Below, in pieces: positions 8,052 through 18,200 of a DNA stretch of 64,000 bases. This DNA comes from Candidatus Geothermarchaeota archaeon (lineage in GTDB: Archaea; Thermoproteota; Nitrososphaeria; Geothermarchaeales; JDFR-13). The notes beneath the pieces were generated by a model that worked only from the letters and a program-made list of their open reading frames with translations, made no database searches and was not told where the DNA came from. A program made the translations under genes and the position numbers. Numbering within the stretch: the stretch's first letter is position 1; each line of letters begins with the position of its first letter. The stretch is taken from positions 4,462 through 68,461 of the forward strand of contig WAKB01000010.1 of the NCBI GenBank assembly GCA_015523545.1. The letters run 5' to 3'.

Positions 8052-10385
8052 TCACATCAGATAGAAGATCGCAAATAGGAATATCCACACAATATCTACG
8101 AAGTGCCAGTAGATGCCGAAGGCCTCCACTCCATCATAGTTCTTCTCATTATAGACTCCTCTAAAAGCCTTCACTATCAGATATGTAAGTGCTATCATCC
8201 CAGCAATCATGTGCGCCGCATGTGTACCTGTCATCACATAGTAGAGAGAGGATGGCAGGTCACTGGTTAGTGTGAACCCTTCGTCATACAGCTTCATCCA
8301 TTCATAGCCCTTTAGACCTAGGAATACTAGGCCTAGAATATATGTGGCCCCTAGTGAGTATAGCAACTTCCTCTGATCACCCATCTTGGCATACGCGACA
8401 GCTAGGACTACAGTAAGGCTACTAGTCAATAGTATTATTGTGTTTATTCCCCCTAGCCTCACATCGTGAACCGCTGGGCCGTACGGCCACTCACCAATCA
8501 AGTTTATTCTCAACAAGCTATAGGCACCGAATAAGGCGGCGAACAACATCGCCTCACTGATGACCAGCATCCAAACCCCGAACTTCAACCTATTCATGTG
8601 GTCAAACGGCCACTTCATAGTGTTCTCTGGCTCCGGTATTACGAACCTGTCATATACATCGTCTATTAGCCACTTTGTTAATACAGCCGCCAACATCGCT
8701 GCACCTATTACGAATAATGGGGTATACATCATCAGGCCAAAGAACGACAACATGAGTGAGACTGATAGGAGCATCGGCATCATTGTGTGGTACTCTACAT
8801 GCTTATGTGGAACACCTCCATTGGTGTAGAATGTTATCTGGTTGCCGCTAATCATGGGATCGAAATCAAAGTTGTGTGGTGGCGGCGGAGAAGTCGTCAT
8901 CCATTCCAAGGTCCACGCGCCCCACGGGTTGTTGCCAGCCGGTGAACCAGTTTTCAAGCTCTTGAGTAGGTTGTATACCATGATGAGAAATGAGAATCCG
9001 AACACATAGCCCCCGAGGGTAGCCAGCTGATTCATCGGTATCCATTCTTCTACGAAGTAGGTGTTTACTCTCCTCGGCATCTCATATATTATGAACATTG
9101 GGAAGTACAGTAGGTTGAAGCCTATGAAGGCTATAGCGAAATGTATTTTGCCGAGCTTTTCATCGTACATCTTCCCAGTGATCTTTGGATACCAGTAATA
9201 CATAGCTGCCAACAGTCCAAACAATGTAGCCCCTACCATAGCGTAGTGGAAATGAGCCACCACCCAGTATGTACCCCTGATAAACCTGTCAAGGGCTATT
9301 GAAGAGTTGAAGACCCCAGTTATCCCTCCAACAATGAATAGTACTATGGATCCAATAGCGAACAGTAGTGGAGTCTTTATCCTCACTCTAGCTTTGTAGA
9401 ACGAGAATATGAAGGACAGCATTATCACGCCGAATGGAACTGATATCGACTCTGTGGTTATGCTCATAACCTCTCTGATTATGGGGTTGATTCCGGTTGC
9501 GAACATATGGTGGACATATACTATGAAGCTGATGAAGCTGGCTATTCCGAAGGCGATTAATATGTATTTCCTCCCGAACAGAGGTTTCCTAGTGAAAGTC
9601 TCAATCACATCACCTACAACACCGATGGCTGGAGCAAGTACAATGTATACTTCTGGATGGCCGAAGAACCAGAACATATGTGTCCACAGTATAGCTCCTC
9701 CCTCGGGTGATGTGAAGAATGCGGTGCCGAAAACCCTGTCAATGGCGAGTAGGAAGAACCCTGCAGCTACAGGTCCAAACGCAAACAGCATGAGCAGCAC
9801 CGTATAGAGTATGCCCCAGGTAAACATGGGAAGCTTCGACCAACCCATTCCTGGAGCCCTTAGCGTGGCTATAGTTACGATGAAGTTTATTGTACCCACG
9901 GTCACAGATGCAACTAGCATCGCTAAGGCCAGGGCTGCTACAGTTACTCCGGGCTGTGGAGTGAATTTCGGAGTCGACAACGGAACATAGTATGTCCATC
10001 CAACATCTGGGGCGCCACCTGGTAAGAAGAAGGATAGAGCTGCGAGAAGACCACTGAATAGGTAGAGCCAGTAACTGAGTGCATTAAGCCTTGGGAACGC
10101 CATATCCCTAGCTCCGATCTGGATTGGGACAATGTAGTTTGCGAAGGCGAAAGCGAACGGAGAAATTGCCCATAGAACCATGATAAGGCCATGCATCGTT
10201 ATGGCTTGGTTAAAGGCTGAGGCGCTCAGGATATCAGCCTGTGGAAAGGCTAACTGTAACCTGAATGTTAGAGCTAATGAGCCCCCCACCATTAGAAAGT
10301 ACAGCGAAGTTACCAGGTATAGAAGCCCTATGTCTTTATGATTCGTAGTTGTCAGCCACCTCATTAAACCACTCTTATTCTCCAT
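8052..10385 (-). CDS. coxAC: Heme-copper terminal oxidase subunit I fused to subunit III (aa3/SoxM-type, AoxB-like)
   Basis: 777 aa. Subunit I motifs are present: GHPEVYIVLAPAIGVV, WVVAHFHYAMVGATLF, HHMF. The C-terminal roughly 190 aa carry the subunit III motif YWHFVDIVWIFLFAIFYL. This I+III fusion is as described for the Aeropyrum AoxB and Thermus caa3 types. Confidence 0.9.
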   Translation of the reverse strand: MENKSGLMRWLTTTNHKDIGLLYLVTSLYFLMVGGSLALTFRLQLAFPQADILSASAFNQAITMHGLIMVLWAISPFAFAFANYIVPIQIGARDMAFPRLNALSYWLYLFSGLLAALSFFLPGGAPDVGWTYYVPLSTPKFTPQPGVTVAALALAMLVASVTVGTINFIVTIATLRAPGMGWSKLPMFTWGILYTVLLMLFAFGPVAAGFFLLAIDRVFGTAFFTSPEGGAILWTHMFWFFGHPEVYIVLAPAIGVVGDVIETFTRKPLFGRKYILIAFGIASFISFIVYVHHMFATGINPIIREVMSITTESISVPFGVIMLSFIFSFYKARVRIKTPLLFAIGSIVLFIVGGITGVFNSSIALDRFIRGTYWVVAHFHYAMVGATLFGLLAAMYYWYPKITGKMYDEKLGKIHFAIAFIGFNLLYFPMFIIYEMPRRVNTYFVEEWIPMNQLATLGGYVFGFSFLIMVYNLLKSLKTGSPAGNNPWGAWTLEWMTTSPPPPHNFDFDPMISGNQITFYTNGGVPHKHVEYHTMMPMLLSVSLMLSFFGLMMYTPLFVIGAAMLAAVLTKWLIDDVYDRFVIPEPENTMKWPFDHMNRLKFGVWMLVISEAMLFAALFGAYSLLRINLIGEWPYGPAVHDVRLGGINTIILLTSSLTVVLAVAYAKMGDQRKLLYSLGATYILGLVFLGLKGYEWMKLYDEGFTLTSDLPSSLYYVMTGTHAAHMIAGMIALTYLIVKAFRGVYNEKNYDGVEAFGIYWHFVDIVWIFLFAIFYLM

Positions 10386-10401
10386 TTATGCTCACCCCCT
10401 C

Positions 10402-11040
10402 TTACACAACCCTCAACGTAGCAACCATCAAAGAATGCCCAATCCCACAGAGCTCATAGCACTGTATCGTGTATGTACCAGCCTGTGTGGGCTTTATCCA
10501 TATCACATTGAAGGCTCCTGGAAGAGCGTCCGCACCGGTTCTAAATTCTATAAGTTGGAACTTATGGAAAACGTCCATGCTGGTTATTCTAAACACAACA
10601 ATTTTATCTTTCGGAACCACAACCTCACCAACTACTTCCGTTCCGTTGGGGTATATGAATCTCCAACCCCACTGGAATCCCTGAACCGTCACCTCAAATA
10701 TGTCGTCTGCCTTCGGCACCTTCTCCACGTAATTAGTTACTAGTATAGAGTATGATGCCAACGTGAAGAGTATTATCGACGTCAGCCCAAAGAACACCAT
10801 AATGAGCTTTATGTTACTCCGCTCCCCAGGCACTACTCCTGGCTTGATATCATCGCTCTCATTGGACACTGACTCCCTATACTTCCAGACGAAATATAGC
10901 AGCATCCCTACTACTACTGAGCCTACTAGCAGTCCTAGACTGAAGTACAAGTTGAATAGTGAGTACCATGTCCCAGCTGGTTCCCCCGGTATTTGAAGCA
11001 CCATACCGTGGGTCACGACAATCACCACACAAGTACCCAC
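10402..11040 (-). CDS. coxB: Heme-copper oxidase subunit II (CuA-containing)
   Basis: 212 aa with an N-terminal TM hairpin and a cupredoxin domain carrying the CuA motif H...C-x-E-x-C-G-x2-H-x2-M (HKF...CYELCGIGHSLM). Confidence 0.88.
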   Translation of the reverse strand: MGTCVVIVVTHGMVLQIPGEPAGTWYSLFNLYFSLGLLVGSVVVGMLLYFVWKYRESVSNESDDIKPGVVPGERSNIKLIMVFFGLTSIILFTLASYSILVTNYVEKVPKADDIFEVTVQGFQWGWRFIYPNGTEVVGEVVVPKDKIVVFRITSMDVFHKFQLIEFRTGADALPGAFNVIWIKPTQAGTYTIQCYELCGIGHSLMVATLRVV

Positions 11041-11190
11041 TTGAATTTAGTTATGTTAGAAAATATTTTCACCGGTATTAAAAAATATGTATGCTGTATT
11101 GGCGCGTTTTTATATGATCCCCTCTACAAACGGCATAGTCATACTGACATATGATATACCGATAAGGGACACATACATTGGTGAGAGACA
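11041..11190. promoter_or_regulatory. AT-rich divergent intergenic region: promoters for the oxidase operon (minus) and archease (plus)
   Basis: 150 bp of strongly AT-rich non-coding DNA between two divergent starts. TATA/BRE-like elements are visible on both strands: aaaatattttc, tattaaaaaatatgta, tttttatatgat, atatgatatacc. Confidence 0.5.
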
Positions 11191-11616
11191 ATGGATGGAT
11201 ATGAATTCCTGCCACACACCGCCGATATAAAGATTAAGGCTTGGGGATCCACGTTGGAAAGGGCCTTCGAGAAGGCTGCAGAGGCCTTCACAGACACCAC
11301 AGTAGATATTAATACAGTCACCCCCAAGAAGAAGGATGAGCTAACCGTCTATGGAGACGACCTGGAGGAGCTTCTCTACAACTTCATAGAGGAGTTGATA
11401 GTAAGGCTCGACTCAGAAGGCAAGGTCTACTCACGCTTCAAGACGAATATAGATAAGGAGGACGGTAGATACGTCCTCCACGCAGAGATGTGGGGTGAGG
11501 ATCTCGACTTAAACAAGCACGAGCCAAAGATACATGTTAAGGCTATGACCTATCACGAGATGAGGATTGATAAGGAGGACGGTAGATACGTGATCGAGTA
11601 TGTCCTGGATATATAG
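11191..11616 (+). CDS. Archease (activator of RtcB tRNA ligase)
   Basis: 141 aa with the N-terminal archease signature F-x-HTADI (EFLPHTADIKIKAWG) and a conserved acidic C-terminal region. An internal 24-nt direct repeat encodes IDKEDGRYV twice. Confidence 0.8.
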   Translation: MDGYEFLPHTADIKIKAWGSTLERAFEKAAEAFTDTTVDINTVTPKKKDELTVYGDDLEELLYNFIEELIVRLDSEGKVYSRFKTNIDKEDGRYVLHAEMWGEDLDLNKHEPKIHVKAMTYHEMRIDKEDGRYVIEYVLDI

Positions 11617-11624
11617 AAATATTG

Positions 11625-11939
11625 TTATGTAAGCCTAACCTCGATAAAGACGTTGTCAGGAACCCTAAGCCTAATAAGATGCCTCATAGTGTTCTCGTTC
11701 TGCTCAATATCGATAAGCCTCTTGTGAATACGGAGCTCAAACTTGTCCCAAGTCTCACTCCCCTGTCCACAAGGACTCTTCCTAGTAGGGACGACAACCC
11801 TCTTAGTAGGTAGATATACAGGGCCTGAATACTTTGCACCCGTCTTCTCGGCTATAGCCCTAACCTCCTCCATAAAATTATCCAGAGCCTTGTGATCAGT
11901 CCCATACACAATTATTCTAGTCTTTGTTCCCCTAATCAT
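11625..11939 (-). CDS. rps10: 30S ribosomal protein S10 (uS10)
   Basis: 104 aa, IRGTKTRIIVYGTDHKALD...SGPVYLPTK...PCGQGSETWDKFELRIHKRLIDI. It lies downstream of tuf, as in the archaeal str cluster. Confidence 0.9.
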   Translation of the reverse strand: MIRGTKTRIIVYGTDHKALDNFMEEVRAIAEKTGAKYSGPVYLPTKRVVVPTRKSPCGQGSETWDKFELRIHKRLIDIEQNENTMRHLIRLRVPDNVFIEVRLT

Positions 11940-11985
11940 CTCGAGTCAGGAAAAATAGTTGGATGGGGGAGGGATATAAAATCTG

Positions 11986-13311
11986 CTAACCCTTAATCTT
12001 GATCTCAGCCTTCTTAGTAATCTCCTTGACCACACCAGCAGCTATGGTCTGGCCCATATCCCTGATGGCGAACCTACCTAGCTCAGGGAACTGCTGGAAC
12101 TCCTCTAGTGACACTGGCCTCAGAGGCTTCAGCTTAACGATAGCTACGTCACCAGTCTTGAGGAAGCTCGGGTTCTCCTCTACAACCTGGCCAGTCCTCC
12201 TATCTAGCTTCTTCAGAAGCTCTATGAAAGTGACGGCCACCTGGGCAGTATGCACATGCATCACTGGTGTATAGCCAACGCCAATGGCTGTCGGGTGGTA
12301 TATCACGAAGATCTGGGCTATGAACTCCTCAGCAACCGTCGGTGGATTATCTAGATGGCCCACAACGTCACCCCTCCTGATATCCTTCTTGGAGACGCCC
12401 TTCACGTTGAACCCGATGTTGTCACCCGCGACGGCCTCCTCCATGGGCTGGTGATGCATCTCTATAGACTTCACATCACCAACAAGGCCTGGTGGCATGA
12501 AGACGACACGGTCACCTACCCTCATCCTACCAGTCTCTATCCTACCCACTGGGACTGTACCCACACCAGTGATCGAGTATACATCCTGTATCGGTAGGCG
12601 GAGAGGTTTATCGATAGGCTTAGGCGGAGGTACAAACTCATCTAGAGCCTCGATCAGCGTAGGCCCATCGTACCAAGGCATCTTATCAGACTTCTTAAGG
12701 ACATTGTCACCAGTCCAGGCAGATACTGGTACAAACCTGATCTTACTCACGTCGTAGCCAAGGGTCTTTAGGAGCCTAGCAATCTCGTTCTTAATCTCCT
12801 CATACCTCTCCTTACTCCAGTTCACACCGGGATCATCCATCTTGTTGATAGCAACGACTAGCTGGTTGATACCTAGGATCTTAGCCAGGCTTGCATGCTC
12901 TCTAGTCTGGCCACCTGGGGAGATACCAGCCTCAAACTCACCTGGACGTGCAGAGACAACTAGGATAGCTGCGTCCGCCTCACTAGCCCCCGTAATCATA
13001 TTCTTGATAAAGTCCCTATGGCCGGGGGCATCGATAAGGGTGAACTCATACTTGGGGGTCTCGAACTTATAGAAGGATAGATCAATCGTGAGACCCCTCT
13101 CCCTCTCCTCCTTCAATTTATCCATAACCCAGGCGAACTTGAATGTCTCCTTGCCCAGCTTCTTAGCCTCCTCCTCATACTGCTGGATTAGCCTCTGGTC
13201 GATCACACCAGCCTCATATAGCAGGCGACCCATCAGCGTAGACTTCCCATGGTCTACATGGCCTATCGCTATCAGGTTCATATGCTCCTTCTTCTTGGCC
13301 ATAGCTCTCAC
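11986..13311 (-). CDS. tuf: Translation elongation factor 1-alpha (aEF-1A/EF-Tu)
   Basis: 441 aa with the GTPase motifs [18 protein letters not shown], and EF-Tu domains 2 and 3. TATA-like elements lie upstream at 13312-13385. Confidence 0.95.
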   Translation of the reverse strand: MRAMAKKKEHMNLIAIGHVDHGKSTLMGRLLYEAGVIDQRLIQQYEEEAKKLGKETFKFAWVMDKLKEERERGLTIDLSFYKFETPKYEFTLIDAPGHRDFIKNMITGASEADAAILVVSARPGEFEAGISPGGQTREHASLAKILGINQLVVAINKMDDPGVNWSKERYEEIKNEIARLLKTLGYDVSKIRFVPVSAWTGDNVLKKSDKMPWYDGPTLIEALDEFVPPPKPIDKPLRLPIQDVYSITGVGTVPVGRIETGRMRVGDRVVFMPPGLVGDVKSIEMHHQPMEEAVAGDNIGFNVKGVSKKDIRRGDVVGHLDNPPTVAEEFIAQIFVIYHPTAIGVGYTPVMHVHTAQVAVTFIELLKKLDRRTGQVVEENPSFLKTGDVAIVKLKPLRPVSLEEFQQFPELGRFAIRDMGQTIAAGVVKEITKKAEIKIKG

Positions 13312-13385
13312 CTATCTCCAATCAATTCCAGAGATGGTATATATAAAGCATTTAGGTATGGGGTTTATAAACCACGCCAGCCAGG
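13312..13385 (-). promoter_or_regulatory. Promoter region upstream of tuf (EF-1alpha)
   Basis: Two TATA-like elements on the minus strand, ctttatatatacc and tttataaacc, lie 20-60 nt upstream of the tuf ATG. Confidence 0.35.
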
Positions 13386-13967
13386 CTAGCGGCTGGCCAT
13401 CGCTATCCTCTCTATCTCCACTCTCTTAGATATGGCGTAGCTGCCAAGATCGTTCCTAGCCGCCAGTATGATCTCCCTCGCGAGGGCCTCCTCGATACTC
13501 ATCCTACTATTCCTCGCTGCGTTCTTAGCCCCGATAACTATGTTCCTCAGAGCGACATCGATCCTCCTCAGAGGAGATACATCCACACTAACCGTATAGG
13601 CCGCACCACCATAAGCAATCGTCGTTACATCCTCACAGGGACCAGCATTCTCAATCGCATATACCAGTAGCTGGATAGGGTTGTCGCCAGTCTCAAGCTC
13701 AATAATTCTGAAAGCCGCCTCGACAATCTTTATAGCCTTCTGCTTCTTACCACCCATCTTACCCGGCCGCATAAGCTTGTTGACCAGCCTCTCAACAATG
13801 TTTACCTTCGCCTTCTCAAACTTCCTCTTCTCATGCCTCCCCCCACTCCAAGGTAGGAGGACCGGCTTCAACGAGATATAGTCCTTGAGACTGATATCCC
13901 TAACCTCCACATCCTTGAAGGAGTATCGGCCGAATAGCTTGAGCCCAACCTGCTGCTTAGACGCCAT
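13386..13967 (-). CDS. rps7: 30S ribosomal protein S7 (uS7)
   Basis: The S7 core reads KIVEAAFRIIELETGDNPIQLLVYAIENAGP. I place the start at the internal Met (MASKQQ...) at 13967 rather than the ORF-track start at 14027, which would overlap S12. Confidence 0.85.
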   Translation of the reverse strand: MASKQQVGLKLFGRYSFKDVEVRDISLKDYISLKPVLLPWSGGRHEKRKFEKAKVNIVERLVNKLMRPGKMGGKKQKAIKIVEAAFRIIELETGDNPIQLLVYAIENAGPCEDVTTIAYGGAAYTVSVDVSPLRRIDVALRNIVIGAKNAARNSRMSIEEALAREIILAARNDLGSYAISKRVEIERIAMASR

Positions 13968-13971
13968 AGGA

Positions 13972-14412
13972 TCACCTCTTAGGCTTCTTAACCTTACCCC
14001 TAACCAGGAGATCCAATGGAACACCATTGACTAGGAAGACCCTATACCTAACACCCGGTATGTCACCCATAGCCCTACCCTGTGAGCCTCCGATACCCTC
14101 TATCATAACCTCGTCATGCTCATCAACAACGTTGAGTGCACCGTCGCCGGGGAGGAAGGCGGTTACCTGCTTACCATTCTTGATGAGCTGGACACGTACA
14201 CACTTCCTGAGAGCCGAGTTCGGCTGCTTAGCCTCCACACCCACCTTCTCAATCACTATTCCACGTGCCATCGGTGCACCCTCAAGTGGGTCGGCCTTCT
14301 CGTCAAGACGTAGCATCCGCCTCCTATACTTTATATCGCTCCATCTAAACTTCTTCCTCTTCATAATAAGCTTCCTAGCAGCGAACATTCCCTTGGGGCT
14401 CTTCCTACCCAT
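13972..14412 (-). CDS. rps12: 30S ribosomal protein S12 (uS12)
   Basis: 146 aa, [29 protein letters not shown]...[12 protein letters not shown], typical of uS12/S23e. Confidence 0.9.
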   Translation of the reverse strand: MGRKSPKGMFAARKLIMKRKKFRWSDIKYRRRMLRLDEKADPLEGAPMARGIVIEKVGVEAKQPNSALRKCVRVQLIKNGKQVTAFLPGDGALNVVDEHDEVMIEGIGGSQGRAMGDIPGVRYRVFLVNGVPLDLLVRGKVKKPKR

Positions 14413-14445
14413 TCCTCCACACCACCTAAAATCGTTATGACGGGC

Positions 14446-14940
14446 CTACCTGATATTTATTTGGTCGATGTTGTAGAGGGCCTTCCCGAAGAACCTCCCA
14501 GCCCTGGCCCTGATACCACTCCTACCTATAACGATCCCCTTCTTCTCGGGAGACACATATATGTTTACCACGGTTCTACCACCGCTATTCCTAAGCTCCA
14601 CCCTCGCAGAGCTATCTAGGCCGAAGAAGGTCTTGAGGAACTCTATAGGATCATCGTAGTAGACAGCTACATAGGTGGGAGAGCCTATATTCTCGGTCAG
14701 GATGGAGGAGAGGACCCTTAACACTCTACTCCTAGTGAACCTCCCACCTATCCGGCGGCGGAGCTCCCCCCTGATCACTGGGTCGGCCATGATGCGGTAG
14801 AGCGCCTCCTCAGTAATGATGAAGTAGACATAGTCCTCAATGATCTTACAGGCCAGGGGATTCTCACCGGTGATGCCGTGGAAGAGGCTCATCAGGGCGA
14901 GCTCATCATTCGTAAAGCTTAGGCCCTCACTGCTTGGCAT
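14446..14940 (-). CDS. nusA: Archaeal NusA-like transcription termination/antitermination factor (KH domains)
   Basis: 164 aa with a GRSG-type KH motif (VIGRSGIRAR). It holds the canonical position between L30e and S12. Confidence 0.7.
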   Translation of the reverse strand: MPSSEGLSFTNDELALMSLFHGITGENPLACKIIEDYVYFIITEEALYRIMADPVIRGELRRRIGGRFTRSRVLRVLSSILTENIGSPTYVAVYYDDPIEFLKTFFGLDSSARVELRNSGGRTVVNIYVSPEKKGIVIGRSGIRARAGRFFGKALYNIDQINIR

Positions 14941-15256
14941 ACAATGTCTCCTCTTCTATCGGGGCACTTCCAAAGTCATATATAGCCACAACCGACACAG
15001 AGTGGGGCCGCCCACATAGAGCCCCAAGCTCCAAGTTGGTCCTCCTACTCCTCAGCAGTAGCACGCCCCTCTCCTCCGCCATAGGCCCTATCTCCTCTAG
15101 GAGGCCGGGCGGAGGATTCCTAGCCACGAGTATAACCTTTATCTTATCAGCCTCGTTCCTAAGCGCCCATAACACGTTGTTCCTACCAAAGAGTATCTTC
15201 CCGGTCTTGGCAACCACTGGTAGGGCCGCCTCAAGCCTCCTTACCGTCTCCTCCAT
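14927..15256 (-). CDS. rpl30e: 50S ribosomal protein L30e
   Basis: 109 aa, GKILFGRNNVLWALRNEADKIKVILVARNPPPGLLEEI, in the conserved position after rpoA. Confidence 0.85.
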   Translation of the reverse strand: MEETVRRLEAALPVVAKTGKILFGRNNVLWALRNEADKIKVILVARNPPPGLLEEIGPMAEERGVLLLRSRRTNLELGALCGRPHSVSVVAIYDFGSAPIEEETLYAKQ

Positions 15257-18200
15257 CGCTACCCACCCTTATGTACACGTCGACGCTACCCGTCCCTATG
15301 GGTACACGAGAGCCAACTATTATATTCTCGGTCGGACCCCTTAAATAGTCGGTCTCACCCCTCACAGCCGCCTTGACTAGGACAGGGACGGTCGTCTCGA
15401 AGGCCGCCTTAGCCAGTACACTCTCCTTAAGGGCGACGACACCATACCTACCCATCTGCTTAATCACTCCCTCCCTAGTCATCAGATCAGCCACCAGCAT
15501 GATATGCCTATAGTCAATGTCGAGACCCTGCTCATCCAAGACCGCCTTAATCTCATTTATGATCGCGTTCCTAGCAGCCTCTATACCTAGGACCTCATAG
15601 ATCTCGAATATATCGTTCGTAACTGTCCTAGTCGGGTCTACACCCTCGAAGGTGAGGACCTCCCTCAGATTACTACCAGCTGTGTAGAGCACCCACTCCT
15701 CCTCACCAGTCTCCTCATTAACCACACGGTCAACAGTGACCCTCATAATACCCTGGACACCCGCTATATGCCTCTCGAGGAACCTCTCAGCTGCCTTCCT
15801 AAGCTTCTCCACAATGATGTCCAGATTCGTCTCCTCACCCTCCTTAAGCTTCATCGACGGCTTAACAGCCAGCAAGTCTCCATTCAGCTCCGTCGAATAC
15901 CTCCTACTAAAGACCCTCTTAACATCCTTAGGCGTCAACCCAACCTTCTCCAACGCATCCATGTCTAGCTTGAAGACCACCCTCCTACTGGCCAGATCTA
16001 TACTGTAACCTAGGACAACATCCCTAAGCTTCGTACTCTTGATCTTATTAGCTATCTCCTCAGCCTTCTCCTGGCTATACCTATGCTCCTCATCCAGGTA
16101 GATCGTCATCCTAGGTGTTGAAGGCTTCTGCTTAGCATCCACTATCTCTATGATACGTGGCAGACCAATAGTCACGTTCTTCTCCTTCACACCAGCATAG
16201 TGGAAGGTCCTCAGAGTCATCTGGGTACCAGGCTCACCTATTGACTGGGCAGTAATCACACCTATAGCAGTGTTAGGATCGATAGTTGAGCTCCTATAGT
16301 TAAGGACGGCCTGCCTAACAGCCTCCCTCACAACCTCCTTGTTAGCCCTCTTCCTCATCAGGACGGTTCTAAGCTCCTCATAGAGCGAGGGCGGGATCTC
16401 ATCCTTAACCTTGGAGAGGATCTCGTCGATATACTTGCTCCCAGCATACTTACCCTTAGGATACAGCAGCGATATAGAGTCCACTAGACGCTCAACATTA
16501 ACCGGCTTACCATGGTCACTCCTAGCGGGGTCTACCTTATCCTCACCATATACGAACTGCACTATCTTACCATACGACGTCCTCACAGTGAAGTCGTGGT
16601 CAACCTGGAGATGCTCCATCGAGTATAGTATACGCCTATAGAGATAGCCACTCTCCTGCGTCTTGACAGCTGTGTCCATCAACCCCTCACGACCACTTAT
16701 AGCGTGGAAGAAGAACTCCACAGGGTTCAGGCCACGGTAGAAATTGCTGCCTATGAAGCCCCTAGCCTTCGTACCTATATCACCCTCCTTAAACACTGTT
16801 AACGTCCTCTTGCCATAGCCCCTGGATATACGCTCACCCCTGATCGTCTGCTGCCCAAGCATAGCGGTGAGCTGAGCCACATTGATATCGGTACCACGTG
16901 CACCGCTGATGACCATCACATAGAGCGGGTTATCTTTATCCAGGCTCTCCAAAGCCTTTAGACCAGCCCTTGTCCTGGCATCTGCCAGTATCTCATGAAT
17001 CTTCTGCTCTAGAGACTCCTCAGGAGAGAGGCCCTTGATAAGCTCCAGCCTACCCTCCCTATACTGCCTAATAACCTCCTCAACCTTCCTATGGGCCTCC
17101 CTCTCAATCTCCTTAATCTCCTCCACAACCTCCTCAGGCAGCTTTAGATCCTCTATACCTATTGAGAAGCCCCTTGACAGCAGGTATCTATCTAGTACCG
17201 AGGCGAACTTCGTTATGAAGTCTCCTCCAAACCTGTTACCATACTCCCTCACCAATCTATGTAGGACGCTGTCAGCCTGTTCAGCACCGATAGACCTCTT
17301 ATCTATGACGCCCTTGACAAGGACACCCTCCTTAATGATCACGTCCTCCTCCAGCCTACTCTTCAATGAGTAGGTGAAGTCCTTGGGCAGAAGGATGCTG
17401 AATAGGAGCCTCCCACTATGCGTCTTCTCCCAGTTCCTAACCATGTCCATCTTAGGTATCTCATCATAGATCGAGAGCAGGTTGAAGAGCCTAGCCTTAT
17501 CCAGCCTCTTCTCATCCCTAGTCAAGAGGAAGGATGAGGTTAGATAGTCCTTGGTGAAACCGATGATCGGAGCACCATACCTCGGACTAATAATCTGGTT
17601 CTCAACCAACATGAGGGATCTTGCCTCTGCCTGAGCCTCACTATTCTGCGGCACATGCAGATTCATCTCATCACCATCAAAGTCAGCGTTGTACGGTGGG
17701 CAGACTGTTAGGTGGAGCCTGAACGTCCTATAGGGGAGTATCCTAGCTATATGGCCCATCATCGACATCCTGTGGAGCGACGGCTGCCTATTGAACAGGA
17801 CTATATCGCCGTCCATAAGATGCCTCTCAACTATATCCCCAACCTCCAGCATATTGGCTAGGAAACTCCTATCCGTCACATACCTCAGGTTATGCCTACT
17901 CTTCGTCTTCTGCCTATAGATATAGTTCGCCCCCGGATGAATATCCGCACCGTTCAGGACCAGCTGCCTAAGGAAGTCGATGTTATAGGGAGTCACAACC
18001 TCAGGAACAGTCAATATCTTAGCTATATCTACGGGGACACCAACCTCGTTAATATCCAAGTTCGAGTCAGGCGAGATAACAGTCCTGGCAGAGAAGTTTA
18101 CACGCTTACCTATCAAGTTATTCCTAAACCTACCCTCCTTACCACTAAGCCTCTGGACAAGGGTCTTAAGCCTCTTCACACCCCTATGCGTAGCTGGCGG

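Noticed and set aside
8052-10385. Subunit I+III fusion as a possible frameshift artefact
   Set aside because: The I+III fusion is a known natural arrangement in Aeropyrum AoxB and Thermus caa3. The frame is continuous, and both halves keep their motifs.
13311-13386. Absence of an EF-2 (fusA) gene between S7 and EF-1alpha
   Set aside because: This is the normal arrangement in Crenarchaeota, where fusA lies elsewhere. It is not a deletion.
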